NCBI GenBank assembly: GCA_963664375.1
Contig: OY761449.1
Coordinates: 1,746,337-1,810,336 of the forward strand
Direction of reading: 5' to 3'
DNA: 64,000 bases
From: Dehalococcoidia bacterium
Lineage (GTDB): Bacteria; Chloroflexota; Dehalococcoidia; Lucifugimonadales; UBA3495
Shown one piece after another: positions 18,365-28,762 of this stretch (position 1 is its first letter; each line of letters starts with the position of its first letter). Made by a program: the position numbers and the translations under genes. The notes under the pieces were generated by a model. It saw only the letters and a program-made list of their open reading frames with translations. It was not told the origin of the DNA and searched no databases.

Positions 18365-19894
18365 TTAGCGGGCGAACTCGACGCTGCGGGTTTCCCGGAT
18401 TACGGTCACCTTGATCTGGCCGGGGAAGACAAGGTCTTCCTCCACCTTGCGGGCAATGTCCCGCGCCAGCGAAGCGGCCTTGATGTCGTCCATATCCTCG
18501 GGTTTCACCATGACCCGCACCTCGCGGCCTGCCTGGATGGCAAAGGTGCGTTCCACTCCCTCGAACCCGGCTGCCACGTCCTCCAGGTCCCGCAGGCGCT
18601 TTACGTACTGCTCCAGCGACTCCTTGCGGGCGCCGGGACGCGCGGCGCTGATGGCGTCGGCCGCGGCCACCAGGAACGACTCCACGGTTTCATGCTCGTC
18701 CCAGTGGTGTTCGAGTATGCCCCGGTAGGAGCTGTGGTTGATGTTGTGCCTCTTGGCGATCTCCGCGCCGATCTCGGCGTGCGGCCCCGACACCTCGTGG
18801 GTGAGGGCCTTGCCGATGTCGTGCAGCAGGCCGCCGACCTTGGCGACCTGAACGTTGGCCCCCGACTCGGCGGCCAGCATTCCGGCCAGAAGGCCGACCT
18901 CAATGGAGTGCTGCAACACGTTTTCGCCGTAGCTGTAACGGTACTTCAACTGGCCCAGCAGACGGACCAGCTCGCGGTCCAGTCCGCTGACCCCGACTTC
19001 GAAGGTAGCCTCCTCGCCAGCCTTCAGGATGGTCTGTTCAATCTCGTTCTGGGCCCGGTTCACCATGTCTTCGATGCGGGCAGGCTGGATGCGCCCGTCG
19101 GAAACAAGTTTTTCCAGGGCCAGCCGCGCCACTTCCCGGCGCACCGGGTCAAAGCACGACACCGTTACCGCCTCCGGGGTATCGTCGATAATCACGTCAA
19201 CCCCGGTAAGCGATTCCAGAGTCCTGATATTGCGTCCTTCACGGCCGATGAGACGTCCCTTCATCTCATCGTTGGGCAGGGATACCACCGAAGTAGTGCT
19301 TTCGGATACCACGTCCGAGGCGAGCCTGTTGATGGCGACTGCGATGATCTTGCGGGCGCTTTCGTCGGCCCTGTCCTTGTAGTCCCGCTCAAGCTCGTAG
19401 TAACGGCGGGCCAGGTCGTGCTGGGCGTCCTCTTCGCCGCGCCTCACGACGGCCTCACGCGCCTCGTCGACACTCAGACCAGCTATCCTTTCCAGCGCCT
19501 TGGCCTGCTCGGTTCGCAGTCCCTCTACTTCCTTTCGAGACTCCTCGATTTCAGATTCCCGGTCGGCAAGTTCAACCTGCCGCTTGTCCTGCGCCTCAAT
19601 CTTGCGTTCCAGTTGCTCTTCCCGCTGCAAGTGCCTGTCTTCCAGGCGGGTGAGTTCCCGGCGTTGCTCCTTGATTTCCGCTTCGGCCTCGTTCCGGAGC
19701 TTCAGGGCCTCTTCCTGGGCTGCCAGAAGGATGCTCCTGCTTTCCTCTTTGGCCTGAGCGGTAAGGTCTCCGGCGGTTTCGTTGGCCGTCGCCAGCCGCG
19801 ACGCCTGGACTCTCTGCCGGATTCCCAGCCAAGTTGCTATCCCTAACCCTAGGGCCGCAAGGACGGCGAGAACAGCGATGATAACGGTAGTCAT
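18365..19894 (-). CDS. rny: Ribonuclease Y
   Basis: N-terminal TM, coiled coil, KGRLIGREGRNIR KH domain, LLHDIGK HD domain. Confidence 0.97.
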   Translation of the reverse strand: MTTVIIAVLAVLAALGLGIATWLGIRQRVQASRLATANETAGDLTAQAKEESRSILLAAQEEALKLRNEAEAEIKEQRRELTRLEDRHLQREEQLERKIEAQDKRQVELADRESEIEESRKEVEGLRTEQAKALERIAGLSVDEAREAVVRRGEEDAQHDLARRYYELERDYKDRADESARKIIAVAINRLASDVVSESTTSVVSLPNDEMKGRLIGREGRNIRTLESLTGVDVIIDDTPEAVTVSCFDPVRREVARLALEKLVSDGRIQPARIEDMVNRAQNEIEQTILKAGEEATFEVGVSGLDRELVRLLGQLKYRYSYGENVLQHSIEVGLLAGMLAAESGANVQVAKVGGLLHDIGKALTHEVSGPHAEIGAEIAKRHNINHSSYRGILEHHWDEHETVESFLVAAADAISAARPGARKESLEQYVKRLRDLEDVAAGFEGVERTFAIQAGREVRVMVKPEDMDDIKAASLARDIARKVEEDLVFPGQIKVTVIRETRSVEFAR

Positions 19895-19972
19895 ATCACA
19901 TTCCCTTTCCGCCTGTTACGCCCAAAATGGAGCAATACCTCTCTGGGTTGTTGGACTTTGCTCCTATTGTGA

Positions 19973-20001
19973 ATCCTAACCAGCGCCCCCCGAAGTGTCA
20001 A
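19973..20001 (-). promoter_or_regulatory. Sigma70-type promoter for rny
   Basis: TTGACA-N17-TAGGAT. Confidence 0.6.
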
Positions 20002-20138
20002 GGACGGGCGCCGCGCATGCGTTACGAAATGCGTCTCTCGAATAGAAGGAACACGTCGGCATTGAGAGACTGGGCATACTCAATTACAATAGTCAAGACT
20101 GCGTCCTATGAACATCTACCCGCACCGAGTGATTGATA

Positions 20139-21347
20139 ATGCCCGATCAGGACTACTACGCGCTGCTGGGCGTGGCCCGCAACGCCAGCGAAGAGGACAT
20201 ACGCCGCGCCTTCCGCCGGAAGGCCATGGAATACCATCCCGACAGGAACAAGAACCCCGACGCCGAGGAAAAGTTCAAAGAGATAAACGAGGCATACCAG
20301 GTTCTTTCGGATTCGAAAAAGCGCGCGCAATACGACCGTTTCGGGAAAGCGGGCGTGAGCGGCGGCGCACAGGGAGCTGGCAGCCCGTTTGACGGGTTCG
20401 AGGGCTTCGGCGGATTCGGGGACATCTTCGATTCCTTCTTCGGAGGAACCTCCACCCGGGCGGGCCGCCAGCCTCGCCGCGGGGGCGACCTTCAGCAACA
20501 AGTCACGCTGACTTTCGAGGAATCCGTGTTCGGGGCAAGCCGGGAAATCGAGATAAACCGGCTGGAAATGTGCCACCACTGCTCCGGCGCCTGCAACGAA
20601 CCGGGCAGTTCAGTGGACACCTGCAACGACTGCCGCGGCAGCGGGCAGGTGCGCCGCTCGCAGCGCAGCGTCTTCGGCCAGTTCACCCAGGTCGCTCCCT
20701 GCCACACTTGCCGGGGACGGGGCAGCATCATCAACTCCCCCTGCACCGTCTGTCGCGGGGCGGGCAGGGAACGCCGCAAGCGGAAAATCGAGGTCAAGAT
20801 TCCCAGCGGAATCGACCACGGCATGCAGGTGCGCATCAACGGCGAGGGCGACGTGGGCAGCGACGGCGGCGGCTCCGGCAACCTGTACGTCGCCGTCGGC
20901 GTCCAGGAGCATAACCTGTTCCAGCGCGACGGCACCGACATCGTTTACACCCTCCCCCTGAACGTGGCGGAGGCCGCCCTGGGCGTCGAAAAGTCCGTCC
21001 CCACCGTCGACGGGTTCGAGGAGGAGCTGAAGCTGCCCCAGGGAACCCAGCCCGGCGCCGAGTTCCGCATTCGCAACAAGGGCGTGCCTCACCTGCATTC
21101 CAACCGGCGCGGCGATATGAGGGTCTATGCCGACGTGCGCATCCCCACATCCCTCTCCGGGCAACAGAGAGAGTTGATGGAGGAATTGGCTCTGTCGTTC
21201 AATGGAGTCGGAAAGCCAAAAACGCGGCGCAAGAAGACGTCGAAAAAGTCCGGCAAGGCGGCCAGCAACGGCGTCAAGCAGGAACAGCCGGAAGAACCCG
21301 AAGGCGAGGAAAAGGGTCTGTTTGACCGCATAAAGGACGCCTTCTAA
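20139..21347 (+). CDS. dnaJ: Chaperone DnaJ
   Basis: HPD J-domain, G/F region, four CxxCxG repeats. Confidence 0.97.
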   Translation: MPDQDYYALLGVARNASEEDIRRAFRRKAMEYHPDRNKNPDAEEKFKEINEAYQVLSDSKKRAQYDRFGKAGVSGGAQGAGSPFDGFEGFGGFGDIFDSFFGGTSTRAGRQPRRGGDLQQQVTLTFEESVFGASREIEINRLEMCHHCSGACNEPGSSVDTCNDCRGSGQVRRSQRSVFGQFTQVAPCHTCRGRGSIINSPCTVCRGAGRERRKRKIEVKIPSGIDHGMQVRINGEGDVGSDGGGSGNLYVAVGVQEHNLFQRDGTDIVYTLPLNVAEAALGVEKSVPTVDGFEEELKLPQGTQPGAEFRIRNKGVPHLHSNRRGDMRVYADVRIPTSLSGQQRELMEELALSFNGVGKPKTRRKKTSKKSGKAASNGVKQEQPEEPEGEEKGLFDRIKDAF

Positions 21348-21416
21348 CCACACGGCGACGACCCTGAACGATTCTGGACGGCGACCATAATGCCGTCCGT
21401 CCACTAGGGAGTACCC

Positions 21417-22289
21417 ATGCCCTGGCAGGAACTCAGCATCTCTGTCCCTCACGAATTTGTGGAGCCGGTTTCCTACCTGTTCGGGCGGTACGGGCGCGGC
21501 CTGTCCACCGAGCCGGAAGGCGCCGGGCGGGTGTTGCTGCGCACCTACCTGGAATCGGGATCGAAAGAACGTCTGGCGCGCATTGACGTAGGCATCAGGC
21601 TGGTCAGTTCAGTGGGGAAATTGGGCGAGTTGGCCATCCGGGAACTTGACGACGACGAGGACTGGCAAAACAACTGGAAGCAACATTACGCGGCCCTCGC
21701 CGTGGGAGAGCGGCTGATTATCAAGCCATCGTGGGTAGACTTGGAACCGGAACAGGCGCAGGGAAGAGTCGTAATCGACCTGGACCCGGGCATCGCCTTC
21801 GGCACCGGCTATCACCCAACCACCTACACCTGCATGGAGGCCCTCGAGGAGCTGGTGGAGCCGGGAATGCGTATCCTTGACCTGGGAACCGGCTCCGGGA
21901 TTCTGAGCATCACCGCCCTGATGCTGGACGCCGCATCGGTGGTCGCGCTGGACATCGACAGCCAGGCCGTTACGGCGGCGCGCCGGAATTTCCGGCGGCT
22001 GCGGCTGCAAGACCGCGTGTCTCTGGCCAAAGGGTCTGTCCCTCACCCCTCTGCCGCTGATGGAACCATCGACCTAGCCGTAGCCAACATATCCGCCCGC
22101 GGTGTCGCCGACCGGTCTCCCTTCCTGCTCAAGGCGCTGAAGCCGGGGGCCATGCTGGTGGCCTCGGGCCTGCTGGCAGCCCAGAGGCCGGAGGTGGATG
22201 ACGCCCTGCTGGCTCTGGGGTTCGCGCCGGAACTGGAGTGGCCCCGCGAGGAATGGCTGACCCTGGGCTACCGGGCGCCTGGAGGCTGA
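21417..22289 (+). CDS. prmA: Ribosomal protein L11 methyltransferase
   Basis: DPGIAFGTGYHPTT, LDLGTGSGILS, VANI; follows dnaJ. Confidence 0.93.
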   Translation: MPWQELSISVPHEFVEPVSYLFGRYGRGLSTEPEGAGRVLLRTYLESGSKERLARIDVGIRLVSSVGKLGELAIRELDDDEDWQNNWKQHYAALAVGERLIIKPSWVDLEPEQAQGRVVIDLDPGIAFGTGYHPTTYTCMEALEELVEPGMRILDLGTGSGILSITALMLDAASVVALDIDSQAVTAARRNFRRLRLQDRVSLAKGSVPHPSAADGTIDLAVANISARGVADRSPFLLKALKPGAMLVASGLLAAQRPEVDDALLALGFAPELEWPREEWLTLGYRAPGG

Positions 22290-22609
22290 ATAAACGTGGG
22301 ATTGACTTCGGCATATCAGCAGCGCCTTTCAACAATTCCCTCTCCCTCCGGGGGAGGGTTAGGGTGGGGGCGTTTCCTTGTGGTATGCAAAGTTGCCGAT
22401 GCCAGCGATTTCACCCTCACCCCAACCCTCTACCTCAAGGGAGAGGGAGAGCTAAAAGACTCTGGGTACACCAACATCCCGGTTGCAAATGTCCATGCGT
22501 CGGCGTAACATTTTGCTGGTAAATTACCGTAATTCGTAACCTGTGATTTTGCAGCGACGCCTCGAAAGGGTAGCCGCACGGTCAATCGGCGGTCGGGAGG
22601 CCGCGTTTG

Positions 22610-23626
22610 GTGGAAAAGGTAGACCTTCGGCGATACGAAATTACCGGCCGCCTCGGGTCGGGCGCGGACTACGATGTCCGGGCTGCCATCGACCGGGAGA
22701 CGGGCGCGGAAGTCGCGTTGAAGCGCCCCGTGCCCCAGGCCGTCAGCCGGAAACAGCACGGGGCCATCGAGTCGCGCACCGAGCGGTTGCTGGCCGCCTA
22801 CGACGTGGCGGGCGACGCCGGGGGGCTGCTGGCGCCAATTCTGGGCTACACGGATGTCGCCGTTCACGACGAATTCTTCGGCGAGGAACTGGCCGAGCCG
22901 TATTCGGTGTTCGTTCAGGGGAGAGCATCGGGCATCCCCCTGCTGGGCGACATGATGTCCAGGATCACCGGCGTTCCCATCGGCGCGGGCCAGAACCTGT
23001 TTGCCGTGTTCCCGCTGGCGCATGCCGACGTGAGCAGCCCATTTCCGGTACACGAGCGGCTTATCGACCTGGAGCAGCATTACCTTTCGTCCGGTTTTAT
23101 CGTGATGGATCTCAGGCCCCAGAACGTTTTCTTCCAGCCGGGGATGGGTACCGTACAGGTAATAGACACCGGCGCGCTGGCCGGGGTTGACGATCCGGCG
23201 CCAAGGGGCCGCCCTCCGCTGGACGTGAACGACGCATGCCTTGAGCTGATCAAGTTCTACACTACCCCTCAGGAGCCGCCCCTCGACGCTTCGGGATACC
23301 GGGATGCGCACGGCGTCCGGCCCGTGGTCAACGTCGAACAGGAACTTAACGAAATCCGCCGGGGACTGATGGGCGCAAGCGATGAAGTCTCATCCGCCGC
23401 CAATCCAATTCTGGAAAAAATCGGAGGGCGGTCATATTCGGACTTTGAGCAGTTCCGCGTGGACTTGCGGGCGTACCTGGGAGCCGTGCTGGACCGGAAC
23501 CGCGGCCTGCCGGATTTTGACGCCGCCGTGTCCGCATGGCGGGAGGCGCTGGAGTGGCTGCGCGGCGACTACTGGACCCGGTTCAAGTTCGACGCGGAGA
23601 CCGAACTGGCGGCGTATGCCAATTGA
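22610..23626 (+). CDS. Atypical Ser/Thr protein kinase-like protein
   Basis: LGSGA G-loop, VALK, VMDLRPQN catalytic loop, IDTG. Confidence 0.75.
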   Translation: MEKVDLRRYEITGRLGSGADYDVRAAIDRETGAEVALKRPVPQAVSRKQHGAIESRTERLLAAYDVAGDAGGLLAPILGYTDVAVHDEFFGEELAEPYSVFVQGRASGIPLLGDMMSRITGVPIGAGQNLFAVFPLAHADVSSPFPVHERLIDLEQHYLSSGFIVMDLRPQNVFFQPGMGTVQVIDTGALAGVDDPAPRGRPPLDVNDACLELIKFYTTPQEPPLDASGYRDAHGVRPVVNVEQELNEIRRGLMGASDEVSSAANPILEKIGGRSYSDFEQFRVDLRAYLGAVLDRNRGLPDFDAAVSAWREALEWLRGDYWTRFKFDAETELAAYAN

Positions 23627-23685
23627 GCGTCAAACATCAGGTAAACTAACAGCCGATTCACTTTCAAAAATACGGAAAATCATAC

Positions 23686-24387
23686 ATGGGAGAGACTGAG
23701 GACAGCGCCATGGTTGCCAGCTCTTTTTCAACGCTGCAAGACAATTCCGCTCACGGCGAGGACAATCTGCTGACCCGCGACCTTGGTAACGGGGATTTCC
23801 TGGACGTGGTCATGGACGGGGTGACCGGCCACGGCGGGGCTGAGGCCAGCCGCGAGTTGGCGGAGGCCCTGGAGCAGAGCCCGACCGGGAGCATAGATGA
23901 CATCGCATCGACCATTACGGACGTCAACGGCGAATTCTTTGGCGTGGGAGGCGGGCGCTTCCTGCTGACCACGGTCTCGGCCGCCCTCTACAGGGACGGG
24001 CGTCTCTTCGTGGTCGCCGCCGGTGACAGCCCCGTCGTGCTGGTTACCAAAGACTCCCACGACCGGCTGTCGGGGCGTACCGGCGGGTTCCTGCACGTCG
24101 GCGTGGCGAGGGCGGTCGGCGCGGCTGCGGAACTCGGCCAGATGCCGCGTCGGGACCTGGAGGTCAGCCCGGGAGACCGGCTGGTCCTGGCTACCGACGG
24201 GGTCACGGATAACATGGACATCGAGGAACTGGCGGAAATAGTGCGCAGCTCATCCAGCCCGGAGGAAGCCACTGGCCGCATCGAGGAAATCATCGCCGGA
24301 AGGCTGGTGGAGGGGCGCGTGCCCGAAAAGCTGGGGGTACGCTTCCGCTATGACGACCGCACCGCCATCATCAGGTTCTTTGAGTAG
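23686..24387 (+). CDS. PP2C/SpoIIE-family protein phosphatase
   Basis: GEDN, MDGVTGHGG, AGDSP, ATDGVTD, DDRT. Confidence 0.9.
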   Translation: MGETEDSAMVASSFSTLQDNSAHGEDNLLTRDLGNGDFLDVVMDGVTGHGGAEASRELAEALEQSPTGSIDDIASTITDVNGEFFGVGGGRFLLTTVSAALYRDGRLFVVAAGDSPVVLVTKDSHDRLSGRTGGFLHVGVARAVGAAAELGQMPRRDLEVSPGDRLVLATDGVTDNMDIEELAEIVRSSSSPEEATGRIEEIIAGRLVEGRVPEKLGVRFRYDDRTAIIRFFE

Positions 24388-24397
24388 CTCAGGCTGT

Positions 24398-24560
24398 GTG
24401 AGCAGGCCGGAATGGGCCCGGGCGGAAGGGACGGCCCGCATATAGCTTGAACCTGGATGGACTTTAGCTTGTTAGCAAGGCCCGCCGATTGATAAAATCG
24501 AGCTTTGCAGTCCGAATTTATCATGGCTTTGAGTCCCGTCCATTCCGGTGCGCGTGGCGG
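24398..24560 (-). ncRNA. Candidate 6S-like RNA (long hairpin with central bulge)
   Basis: CCGGAATGG/CCATTCCGG closing stem, GGAC/GTCC inner stem, GGTTCAAG in bulge, upstream TTGTAT-N16-TATGCT. Confidence 0.5.
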
Positions 24561-24632
24561 ACGGGTCAGCATAGCGCCGCCGGGCAGACATACAATCATT
24601 TACAACAATAGCCGTCGCAAAGGAGCCACTAA

Positions 24633-25754
24633 GTGGGCAAAATCAACGTAGCCATCATCGGCGTGGGAAACTGCGCCTCATCCCTGGTACAGGGACTCCA
24701 CAAGTACGTGGAGATTCCTGCCGACGACGCAGTTTCCGGCGTGATGCACAACACCATCGGCGGCTATCGCATCGAGGACATCGAGGTTGTCGCTGCTTTC
24801 GACATCGACGAAAACAAGGTCGGCAAAGACCTCTCCGAGGCCATTTTCACGGAACCGAACAACACCCTGAAGTTTGCCGAAGTGCCAACGACCGGCGTCA
24901 AGGTTGACCGGGGCATGACCCACGACGGCATCGGGCGGTACGTCTCGCACCTGGTACGGAAGTCCCCGCACTCCACGTCCGACATCACTGGCATCCTCCG
25001 CGACCGCGAAGTGGACGTGGTAATCAACTACCTGCCGGTGGGCAGCGAGCAGGCCACAAAGTGGTACGTCGAGCACATCCTCAACGCCCGCTGCGCCATG
25101 GTCAACTGCATCCCGGTGTTCTTGGCCCGCGAGGAATACTGGCGCAACAGGTTCGAGGAACGCGGCGTCCCCATCATCGGCGACGACATCAAGTCGCAGC
25201 TAGGGGCCACCATCACCCACCGCGTGTTGACCCGCCTGTTCGAGGATCGGGGCGTAACGCTGGAAAACACTTACCAACTGAACTTCGGCGGCAACACCGA
25301 CTTCCTGAACATGCTGGAGCGGGAACGCCTGACTTCGAAGAAGATTTCCAAGACCACGTCCGTTACTTCCCAGTTGGACGACGAAATCGACCCGGACAAC
25401 ATCCACGTCGGCCCCAGCGATCATGTCCCGTGGCTCAAAGACCGGAAGTGGTGCTACATCCGCATGGAGGGCCGTATCTTCGGCGGCGCTCCCATCAGCC
25501 TGGAGGCCAAGCTGGAGGTCTGGGACAGCCCCAACTCGGCTGGCGTGGTGGTCGACGCCATCCGTTGCGCCAAGCTGGCAATGGACCGGGGCGAAGGCGG
25601 CGCAATCGTCGGCCCCAGCGCCTATTTCATGAAATCTCCGCCGACCCAGTACACCGACGACACGGCCCGGGACCTCACGGATTCCTTCATCACCGGCGAA
25701 GGGAATGGACGGAGGGCTCCTCAGAAGGCGGAGGAGTCGGCCGGCCAGGACTAA
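24633..25754 (+). CDS. ino1: myo-Inositol-1-phosphate synthase
   Basis: [39 protein letters not shown]. Confidence 0.95.
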   Translation: MGKINVAIIGVGNCASSLVQGLHKYVEIPADDAVSGVMHNTIGGYRIEDIEVVAAFDIDENKVGKDLSEAIFTEPNNTLKFAEVPTTGVKVDRGMTHDGIGRYVSHLVRKSPHSTSDITGILRDREVDVVINYLPVGSEQATKWYVEHILNARCAMVNCIPVFLAREEYWRNRFEERGVPIIGDDIKSQLGATITHRVLTRLFEDRGVTLENTYQLNFGGNTDFLNMLERERLTSKKISKTTSVTSQLDDEIDPDNIHVGPSDHVPWLKDRKWCYIRMEGRIFGGAPISLEAKLEVWDSPNSAGVVVDAIRCAKLAMDRGEGGAIVGPSAYFMKSPPTQYTDDTARDLTDSFITGEGNGRRAPQKAEESAGQD

Positions 25755-25792
25755 ACAGCAATGCCCTGGACTCCCTTATGGGAGGTGTGCCG

Positions 25793-26953
25793 TTGAAGAT
25801 CGCCCTGGTGTCGCCTTACGACTTCACCTGGCCCGGTGGCGTAACGATTCACGTGTCCCAACTGGCCAGGGAATTGGGCAAGTCGGGCCACGAGGTGCAG
25901 GTGCTGGCGCCCCATTCGCCCTCCCGTGAATGCCAGGATCGCGACCTGCTGGTGCCGCTGGGCCGCTCGGTGCCGTTGCCCAGCGGGGGTTCCATCGCCC
26001 GGGTGTCGCTGTCCTGGTGGCTGGCCCGCAAGATACGCGCCCTGCTGGAAAGGGAGCGGTACGACATCATTCACCTGCACGAACCCATGGCGCCCATTCT
26101 CCCTCTCACAGTGCTGGAATATTCGAACACGGTCAACGTTGGCACTTTCCACGCCTGCCACAACCGGCACCACCTCTACCGGATGAGCCAGCCCTTCATC
26201 AAGCGGTGGCACCAGCGTCTGCACGGCAGCATCGCCGTCTCGCCAGCGGCGCGGGGTTACGTGCATTCCACCTTCCCCGGCAACTATGAGATTATCCCCA
26301 ACGGCATCGACGTAGACCACTTTTCCCAGAAGGCGGATCCGTGGCCGCAGTACCGGGACGGCAAGACCAACATCATCTTCGTGGGCCGTCTGGAGAAACG
26401 GAAGGGCCTGCGTTACCTGCTGGAGGCATACGGGCGGCTGAGGTGGGACATACCTGACCTGCGCCTCATCGTGGTGGGGCCGGGCAACCCGGACAAGGAC
26501 TCATACCAGGTGCTCAGCTCGCAGAACCTGCCGGAAGTGGAGTTCGTGGGCCGGGTGCCTTACGACGACCTGCCCCGGTATTATGCCTCTGCCGACATAT
26601 TCTGCTCTCCGGCCACGGGCGCCGAAAGTTTCGGCATAGTCCTGCTGGAGGCGATGGCCGCCGGGAAGCCCGTAGTCGCCTCCGACATCGAGGGCTACCG
26701 GGGCGTGCTCACCGACGGCGAGGACGGGCTGCTCTTCAGGAACAAGGACGTGGGATCGCTGGCCACGGCGCTGGAGAGCCTGATTCGGGATCCGGAAATG
26801 CGCGCCATGATGGGCAACCGGGGGCGTGAGACGGCTGAGCGGCACCGCTGGGAAGTGGTCGCTGGCCGGGTGGAACAGTATTACGAGGCCTGTATCCAGG
26901 AGGTCCATGGCGCGTCCGGGCTTAATGCGGCGGCTGGGCCGAGAACAGCTTAG
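25793..26953 (+). CDS. GT4 glycosyltransferase, PimA-like
   Basis: VSPYDFTWPGGV, HLHEP, GTFHA, GRLEKRKG, ESFGIVLLEAMA. Confidence 0.88.
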   Translation: MKIALVSPYDFTWPGGVTIHVSQLARELGKSGHEVQVLAPHSPSRECQDRDLLVPLGRSVPLPSGGSIARVSLSWWLARKIRALLERERYDIIHLHEPMAPILPLTVLEYSNTVNVGTFHACHNRHHLYRMSQPFIKRWHQRLHGSIAVSPAARGYVHSTFPGNYEIIPNGIDVDHFSQKADPWPQYRDGKTNIIFVGRLEKRKGLRYLLEAYGRLRWDIPDLRLIVVGPGNPDKDSYQVLSSQNLPEVEFVGRVPYDDLPRYYASADIFCSPATGAESFGIVLLEAMAAGKPVVASDIEGYRGVLTDGEDGLLFRNKDVGSLATALESLIRDPEMRAMMGNRGRETAERHRWEVVAGRVEQYYEACIQEVHGASGLNAAAGPRTA

Positions 26954-27548
26954 GGGCGCGCTCCGCAGCTACTTCGAGGAACCGGGCGCGCGGCTGTTCA
27001 AGGCCGTCGGCTTTACCCCCAACGGAATAACCCTGCTCGGCTTTGCCGTCTGCGTCGTGTCGGCCTGCCTGGTGGCCTACGAATGGCTGGTCTGGGGCGG
27101 AGTGGTGTTCCTTGCTGGCGGAATCCTGGACCTGTTTGACGGCGCACTGGCCCGCTTGACCGGAAAGGCGACGCCCTTCGGCGCACTCCTCGACTCGGTG
27201 TTTGACCGGCTGGGAGAGGCCGCGCTTTTCGTTGGCCTCGGCGTCTACATCCTCCGGGCCGACGTGTCCGAGGACTACCGGGCATATTTCCTGATTGCCC
27301 TGCTGCTGGCCCTTATTTTCTCCCAAGGCGTCAGCTATCTCCGGGCGCGCGGGGAGGGGCTGGGCGTGTTCACCCGCGCCGGAGTGATGACCCGCACCGA
27401 GCGGGTGATCCTCCTGGGCGCGGCCCTGCTGCTGTCCTGGATTCCCTGGCTGCTGCTGGGCATCCTGATCGCTATCGCCGCCGTGTCCTGCTTCACCCTC
27501 TTCCAACGCATGTTCACCATCCGCAGCATGCTGGACAGGGAGGGCTAG
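26907..27548 (+). CDS. CDP-alcohol phosphatidyltransferase (phosphatidylinositol-phosphate synthase-like)
   Basis: TPNGIT, DLFDGALAR..G..FGALLDSVFDR, SYLRARGE, RTER. Confidence 0.9.
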   Translation: MARPGLMRRLGREQLRGALRSYFEEPGARLFKAVGFTPNGITLLGFAVCVVSACLVAYEWLVWGGVVFLAGGILDLFDGALARLTGKATPFGALLDSVFDRLGEAALFVGLGVYILRADVSEDYRAYFLIALLLALIFSQGVSYLRARGEGLGVFTRAGVMTRTERVILLGAALLLSWIPWLLLGILIAIAAVSCFTLFQRMFTIRSMLDREG

Positions 27549-27690
27549 GGAGTGGCGTCAAATTGAGTTGCCGGACAGTCAGCAGACTTGTTTCCGTCAT
27601 TCCTGCGAAAGCAGGAATCCAGAGGGCTAACCCCGGAAAGCGAAAATGCCGAAGTATTGGCACTGGATTCCCGCTTTCGCGGGAATGACG
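27546..27690. repeat. Family G outer element enclosing a family B pair
   Basis: TAGGGAGTGGCGTCAAATTGAGTTGCCGGACAGTCAGCAGAC shared with 35393-35560. Confidence 0.75.
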
Positions 27691-27924
27691 GATTGTTTAC
27701 CAATAGGTTCACCCGTCAGTAATTCTCCCTCCCCTTTAGGGAGGGGGGTGAAAGCCAGCGTTTCAGCAGTTTGGAACCCAACGAGGGAGCGCCCCCACCC
27801 TAACCCTCCCCCGGAGGGAGAGGGAACTTTGTAAAAGGCCCTGACAGGACGGGCCGCAGGGTGGATAAGCCTGTGCATGCCGTGTAAACTGGCCCCATCC
27901 ACTCCCGCAGAGGGCGAGAGCTCC

Positions 27925-28626
27925 ATGGCAACCGCGCAACAGGATTTGATTCCATCCCAGGAAAAGCCCCGCCTGAAACGGGATTTCCGCAAGCACCTGA
28001 AGGCCGACGTGCTGCTGCGCTTGTACACGCAGCGCCCGTCGCCCATTGCCGTTCCGGGCCGCGACTGCCGGTACTGCCCGCAAACGCTGCAAGTGCTGGA
28101 GGAGCTGACCTCTCTCTCGCCCAAGCTCAAACTGGAGACCGTGGAATACCACTTGGAAAGGGAAAAGGCCCAGGAGGACGGCATCCCGCGCATTCCGGCG
28201 GTGATGTTGGGAGCAGGTTCGGGGAAGTGGGTCAGGTACTACGGCCTGCCCCTCGGCTACCAGCTCCCGGTGCTGGTGGAGAGCGTCAAGGCGCTGTCCC
28301 GTGGCGGCACCCGTCTCTCCGTCAACTCCCGCAAGCAGCTCCGGCGAGTCGAAAAGCCGGTACACGTGCAGGTGTTCGTGACTCCCGGCAGCGAGACCTC
28401 GGCCGGGATGGCCCTGCTGGCGCAATCCATGGCCGTGGAGAGCGGCAACGTTCACGCCGACGTCATCGAGGCGGAGGAATTCCCGGACTTGGCGCGCCGC
28501 TACGGGGTACGCCAGGTGCCGCTAACCGTCATCAACGAATTCACCACGCTGTCGGGGATGGTCAGCGAGAGCGAACTGCTGGAAAAAGTGCTGCTGGTCG
28601 GCTTAGACACTTCAATTGATACATAG
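27925..28626 (+). CDS. Protein-disulfide oxidoreductase (two thioredoxin folds, AhpF-NTD-like)
   Basis: DCRYCPQT; IPRIP; VQVFVTPG; YGVRQVP. Confidence 0.8.
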   Translation: MATAQQDLIPSQEKPRLKRDFRKHLKADVLLRLYTQRPSPIAVPGRDCRYCPQTLQVLEELTSLSPKLKLETVEYHLEREKAQEDGIPRIPAVMLGAGSGKWVRYYGLPLGYQLPVLVESVKALSRGGTRLSVNSRKQLRRVEKPVHVQVFVTPGSETSAGMALLAQSMAVESGNVHADVIEAEEFPDLARRYGVRQVPLTVINEFTTLSGMVSESELLEKVLLVGLDTSIDT

Positions 28627-28762
28627 AAACCACCCCTAAATCCCCTCCCCCTTAGGGGGAGGGTTAGGGTGGGGGTGAAAAGTCTGGGCGGATATTCGCC
28701 CCGCACTTCAACCATATCGGAATGGCAAAATCCAATTCATACCAAATCGAGGAGAACTGATC

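Noticed and set aside
20061-20084. ATTGAG-N12-CTCAAT upstream of dnaJ as HAIR/CIRCE operator
   Set aside because: Spacing does not match HspR HAIR and sequence does not match CIRCE.
25061-25792. 630-aa ORF suggesting an ino1-glycosyltransferase fusion or frameshift
   Set aside because: Extension is an off-frame overlap of ino1; the GT4 has its own GGAGG and TTG start at 25793.
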